Source: Bryobacterales bacterium
GTDB taxonomy: Bacteria; Acidobacteriota; Terriglobia; Bryobacterales; UBA6623
Assembly (NCBI GenBank): GCA_963422375.2
Contig: OY729428.2
Location: 1,824,001-1,888,000 of the forward strand
DNA length: 64,000 bases
Reading direction: 5' to 3'
The notes under the pieces: generated by a model
What the model saw: only the letters and a program-made list of their open reading frames with translations
Databases searched by the model: none
Told to the model about the DNA's origin: nothing
Shown here: positions 59,332-64,000 of the stretch, piece by piece
How positions within the stretch are numbered: position 1 is the first letter of the stretch
How the letters are laid out: each line of letters starts with the position of its first letter
Program-made: the position numbers and the translations under genes

Positions 59332-61146
59332 GTGAGAGACTTGAACGCCGTGTTTCGCCGGCACTTCGCCGGGATTGCGCTCTCGGCCTTGGCTGCGGGC
59401 ACCGCGGGCGCGGGCCGGGCGCAGGAATTCCCGACCACGCCCCCTCCCCGCAACGACATAGAGGTCCGGAACCGAGTCCCCGTCCCGATGCGCGACGGAG
59501 TGACTCTGTACGCCGACCTCTACCGCCCCGTCGGAGACGGCCAGCACCCGGTCATCGTCTCGCGCACTCCGTACTCCACGGAGCGGAGTCCGAGCGCCTA
59601 CGCCTCGGCCGTCTATTTCTCCCGCCGGGGCTACGCCTACCTGTTTCAGGACGTGCGCGGGCGGCACGAGTCGGAGGGCCGCTGGGAGCCCTTCCGCGAC
59701 GATCTTGAGGACGGATACGACACTGTCGAGTGGGCGGCTGTCCAGCCTTGGTCGAACGGCAAGGTTGCCATGGAAGGAGGCTCCTACCTAGGCCACGTGC
59801 AATGGCGGGCCGCGCAGGCGATGCCTCCGCACTTGGTGGCAATCTTCCCCCGGGTCGCCTCGACCAGCATTTACCACGATTGGATCACGGTCAACGGCGG
59901 TTGGAGGCTGGCGTTCAATTTCGGCTGGGGGCCCGTCCGCCAGGAGTCACGAATTATGCAGAACACCGGGCCGCACACGATGGATGGCGGTCCGGAGGGG
60001 ATCAGCTATGACCAGGTCGTCTGGCACCTTCCGCTGAGGGAGATGCAGGCCTTGGTCGGCCGGAACGCCCAGTTCTACAGCGACTGGCTGGCGCATCCGG
60101 AATACGACGACTACTGGCGTCCGCTCAACGTCGAGGAGCACTTCGACCGGATCCAAGTTCCCGTCCACACGATGGGGGGATTCTTCGACATCTTCGCCCA
60201 GGGAACCCTGCGCGGGTACACGGGAGTGAGCATGCAGGGAGCCACCGCGGAGGCGCGGGACGGGAGTCACATGGTCATCGGGCCGTGGGAGCACGGCGTG
60301 TCCCGCAGGGTGGGCGACATGGACTGGGGCGAGGCAGCGGAAGTGGACACCAATGCGCTGGCGCTGCGCTGGTTCGACTACTGGCTCAAGGGCATCGACA
60401 ACGGGCTGCTCGACGAGCCCCCGGTCAAGATCTTCGTGATGGGACGCAACGAGTGGCGCTTCGAAAACGAATACCCCCTAGCCCGCACGGCCTACACCCC
60501 CCTGTACCTGCATAGCGGAGGCAGGGCGAACGGTTCTCGGGGCGACGGTCGGCTGTCGTGGAAGAAGCCGGCAGCGGACTCGCCCCCTGACCGTTACCGC
60601 TACGACCCCGCCAGCCCCGTCCCTAGCTTGGGCGGCGCGAACTGCTGCGGCGTCGGCACGCCGTCGGGCGCGAGGGACCAGAGGCCCATCGAGCATCGCG
60701 CGGACGTACTGGTTTACACGAGCGAGGTCCTTTCCGATCCGGTCGAGGTGGTCGGGCCCGTCAAACTGATTCTGCACGCGTCGTCGAGCGCGGCCGACAC
60801 TGACTTCGTGGCGAAGCTAGTCGACGTGTACCCGGACGGCCGCTCGATCAACGTGGCGGAAGGCATCCTTCGCGCCCGCCATCGCGAGGGCGTGGACAGG
60901 CAGGTGCTCCTGGATCCCGGGACCGCGTATGAAATGGAGATCGACCTAATCGGAACGGCGAACCTGTTCCAGGTAGGGCATCGCATCCGCGTGCATGTCA
61001 CGAGCAGCCATTTCCCGCAGTTCGCCCGGAACCTGAACAACGGCGAGCCGTACGGCACCGGCGTCGCGTCGGTCGTCGCCGAGCAGACGCTCTATCACAC
61101 CTCGGACCGGCCGTCGCATGTTCTGCTGGCCGTAATCAGGCAGTGA
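59332..61146 (+). CDS. CocE/NonD family hydrolase
   Basis: GGAGGAG RBS before GTG; MRDGVTL, RTPY, QDVRGR, GGSYLG, GPWEH, WFDYWLKG and SSHFPQFARN motifs. Confidence 0.93.
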   Translation: MRDLNAVFRRHFAGIALSALAAGTAGAGRAQEFPTTPPPRNDIEVRNRVPVPMRDGVTLYADLYRPVGDGQHPVIVSRTPYSTERSPSAYASAVYFSRRGYAYLFQDVRGRHESEGRWEPFRDDLEDGYDTVEWAAVQPWSNGKVAMEGGSYLGHVQWRAAQAMPPHLVAIFPRVASTSIYHDWITVNGGWRLAFNFGWGPVRQESRIMQNTGPHTMDGGPEGISYDQVVWHLPLREMQALVGRNAQFYSDWLAHPEYDDYWRPLNVEEHFDRIQVPVHTMGGFFDIFAQGTLRGYTGVSMQGATAEARDGSHMVIGPWEHGVSRRVGDMDWGEAAEVDTNALALRWFDYWLKGIDNGLLDEPPVKIFVMGRNEWRFENEYPLARTAYTPLYLHSGGRANGSRGDGRLSWKKPAADSPPDRYRYDPASPVPSLGGANCCGVGTPSGARDQRPIEHRADVLVYTSEVLSDPVEVVGPVKLILHASSSAADTDFVAKLVDVYPDGRSINVAEGILRARHREGVDRQVLLDPGTAYEMEIDLIGTANLFQVGHRIRVHVTSSHFPQFARNLNNGEPYGTGVASVVAEQTLYHTSDRPSHVLLAVIRQ

Positions 61147-61270
61147 CGCCGGCCCTGATGCGCCGACGTCGCCCTTCCGCGCCCATGCCCGACGCCGGCA
61201 CACGGCGGAGAGTCGCCGTGCCGTGCGCGCGGCCAGGCTGGAATTGTGGTCTGCATGAACATCTTGCGTT

Positions 61271-61639
61271 GGGAATTATATATCTGAGTGCCGACAACGC
61301 CATATCCGACTAGAACTGCTGTGAGCAGGGAGGTGGGTGTCGAGCTGGGGTCATGCGAGTGCGGCCGCGGCGGGCACAGAGGGGAGGGGTGTGGGATCGT
61401 ATCTGAATCGAGCCTGCCAGCGGATTGGACGAGGAAGGGACTAGAGAGGCCGCCTCGCCTGCCCCGGTTGCCCCGGTGGAACCCGGTTGGCGGTGGCAGG
61501 GCACCCCTTGCAAGCCGCTTGCAGGCCCTGCGAGGGCCGAAGACAGCGGATCCCCGGCGCTCGACGGCCTGCATGGACGGTCCGGGCCGGACCGGGGTCG
61601 CGCCGGGGGATTCCCTCGGCACTCAGATATATAATTCCC
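61271..61639 (-). mobile_element. MITE (internal-deletion derivative of the ISNwi1-like element)
   Basis: Both 24-bp terminal inverted repeats present. About 340 bp matches the IS right-end non-coding region and joins directly to the terminal ~31 bp of the left end. No transposase. Confidence 0.93.
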
Positions 61640-62102
61640 ATTCGATGAGGGCGAACGGTTGAATGCCCCGAGCGGCGCTCCAGCGGGCACGCTTGCTCCC
61701 AGTCTTGCGGGACGAAGGGAGGTCCCGATGCCGATGACGTAGTTCCTGGTCACGGACCAGTCGGCAATTTCGGACTGCCGGTAGCTCGAACGTCGCGACC
61801 GTCCGAGGTGCCATCGACTCCCCCTATGTCCAGCATTCGCTCCCAGCTATCGACGGCAAACCGGGAGAAACACAACGGTCACTCGCGTGCATTTTGACTT
61901 CCACGTGAGCGGCTCGGTTCTCGCAGGGCCCTCGAATTCCTCGATCACCCGGTCGCAGTCGATGGAGCCGAAGTCACTCCTGTACATGGCCTCGACCTAA
62001 CGCATCCCCCAAGAGTAGGGAATTATATATCTGAGTGCCGAGGGAATCAAGTAGGCAAATTATCAAGCCATTATAAGATTTCATATTTCTTCCGAATTTC
62101 CG

Positions 62103-62132
62103 TTGACATTCTGTGGTGTTTCTTGGTAGAAT
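62103..62132 (+). promoter_or_regulatory. Sigma70-type promoter of the IS transposase (copy 2)
   Basis: TTGACA 62103-62108, 18-nt spacer, TAGAAT 62127-62132. Confidence 0.7.
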
Positions 62133-62155
62133 AGTTCCAGTAGGGGATACCGTAA

Positions 62156-63036
62156 ATGAAGAAACAAGGTCCCGGAAAGTGGTTCCGTAAAGGCATCACA
62201 ATGATCGAAGTGATCGCCATGTTCCCCGATGACGAATCCGCGGAAAAGTGGTTCGCATCCATGCGCTGGCCGGACGGTCCTGCGTGCCCCCGCTGCCGCG
62301 GCTCCAGCGTGCAGTCCGACGCGGCCCACCCTTCGATGCCGTACCGTTGCCGCGGCTGCGGCAGGCGCTTTTCGGTGCGCACCGGCAGCGTGATGGCCGA
62401 CACCGAGCTCGGCTACCGCACCCGGGCCGTCGCCCTGTTCCTGCTGACCACCGGCATCAAGGGCGTCTCGAGCATGCAGCTGCACCGCGACCCGGGCATC
62501 AGCCAAAAGTCGGCCTGGCACCTGGCGCACCGCATCCGCGCGTGCCGGGAGCGGGATCGGGGCCTGTTCGCCGGCCCGGTGGAGGTGGACGAGACCTGCG
62601 TCGGCGGCAAGGAACGCAACCAGCACGAGAGGAAGAAGGCCCGCGCCACGAACGCAGTGCCCGCGCGGCCGCTGCCGGGCACCGCCAAGGGCGACCTGCA
62701 GGGCTTCGTGCGCGGCCGGGTCGCGCCGGGGGCGCAGGTCCGCTCCGACGAGGCGGCGGCCTGCGCCGGCATGGCGGAGTTCCCGCACGAAGCCGTCAAG
62801 CATTCCGGCGGCGAGTACGTGCGCGGGGCAGCGCATACGAACGGCATCGAGTCGTTTGGGTCCCTGTTCAAGCGCGGCCTGTACGGCACCTATCACCGGA
62901 TGAGCGTCCGTCATCTCGGCCGCTACCTCACGGAGTTCGCGGGACGGCGGAACGGATGCGGCGCATGGCGCGGGGCTTGGTCGGCCGGACGCTGACCTGC
63001 CGGCAGCTGACCGGCCAGGCCGCGGTCGCGGCCTGA
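62156..63036 (+). pseudogene. IS1595-family transposase with two internal deletions
   Basis: Relative to copy 1: a 51-bp in-frame deletion near 62647 and a 25-bp frameshifting deletion near 62949. Confidence 0.9.
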
Positions 63037-63814
63037 GCGGCGCCCGCCGCGCCGAGCGCGGCAGCCCGCTGCGGGCGCGCGCTTCACGCTCGGTACGAGG
63101 GTCGCACCGGATCCGGCATGCCCCGGCGCGACCCCGGTCCGGTCCGGACCGTCCATGCAGGCCGTCGAGCGCCGGGGATCCGCTGTCTTCGGCCCTCGCA
63201 GGGCCTGCAAGCGGCTTGCAAGGCGTGCCCTGCCACCGCCAACCGGGTTCCACCGGGGCATGCGAGGCGGCCTCTCTAGTCCCTTCCTCGTCCAATCCGC
63301 TGGCAGGCTCGATTCAGATACGATCCCACACCCCACCCCTCTGTGCCCGCCGCGGCCGCACTCGAATGACCCCAGCTCGACACCCACCTCCCTGCTCACA
63401 GCAGTTCTAGTCGGACCATGGCGTTGTCGGCACTCAGATATATAATTCCCCTTGCGTTCCTCGCGTGTCGGAGCTCCATCGCTTGGATGCCGGTAGTTCA
63501 CGATGCGCGGACGCAGGGAGCGCTTCGGGCCTTGGCAGGCCGACTTGGTGGCGCTCTCGAATGCTCCGGGTCCCGGGGCGCGCCGAGACGGGACGTCCGC
63601 CGCCGTCCCGGGCATGCACTGTGCGCCCGGTGGCGGGCAGATCTCCGGACGTTCCGCGCGGTCACTCTTGAAAGGCCGATCCGATCCGAACCCGGCAAGG
63701 CCTTCCGCAGCGGTCTGCCAATGGAGGGAGCACTGGCCCGCCCGCCCGGGAATTGCTGGCAATCGACGGGAAATCCTGAGGAATGCAGGCGCCGCAAGTG
63801 TGTATGATGCCTGT

Positions 63815-64000
63815 ATGACTCCGTCTAGCGCGACCGTTGCCGCCCTGCTCGCGGGGCTCCTGCTATCGGTGACTGGCACCCCGGCGGCGGCCGACAATGG
63901 GCTTGATTTCTTTGAGTCGAAGATTCGCCCGGTGCTCGTCGCCAACTGCTACGCCTGCCACTCGGCGGAGGCGAAGACACGGATGGGCGGGCTGAGCCTG
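63815..64000 (+). CDS. Planctomycete cytochrome C domain protein (N-terminal fragment, runs off the window)
   Basis: Signal peptide, then DFFESKIRPVLVANCYACHS..GGLSL. Confidence 0.88.
   Translation, partial: MTPSSATVAALLAGLLLSVTGTPAAADNGLDFFESKIRPVLVANCYACHSAEAKTRMGGLSL

Larger units (their letters stand above)
62018..63450 (+). mobile_element. IS1595-family element, copy 2 (near-identical to 44185-45689)
   Basis: Same 24-bp terminal inverted repeats and internal sequence. Its own flanks (CAAGAGTA / CTTGCGTT) do not match each other. Confidence 0.95.

Noticed and set aside
1..64000. tRNA, rRNA or prophage genes
   Set aside because: No recognisable cloverleaf, rRNA motif, integrase or phage structural gene.

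Overview
GC-rich bacterial chromosomal segment. The gene content suggests an Acidobacteriota (Bryobacterales-like) or PVC-like heterotroph, possibly host-associated; this is inference from sulfatases, planctomycete-type cytochrome c proteins, tricorn protease, YpdA, FG-GAP and PQQ-propeller proteins and an ankyrin remnant. About 30 intact genes (metH, cobA-hemD, ppk2, many secreted hydrolases) alternate with short lower-GC pseudogene islets. Highlights: (1) a tightly coupled 4-gene operon in which a P1B-type metal ATPase is fused to an HflK/SPFH domain, followed by a His-tailed HflC, a second HflK and a small membrane-anchored protein, with a perfect 50-bp tandem array upstream; (2) a type II restriction-modification pair destroyed by point mutations and two different IS1595-family insertions, each with an 8-bp target duplication; (3) a MITE plus a full IS copy flanked together by one 8-bp direct repeat, forming an apparent composite transposon with two right ends outermost; (4) a 1614-aa secreted protein with two CxxCH motifs, QW-like repeats and HEAT repeats. 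I found no rRNA, tRNA or CRISPR array.
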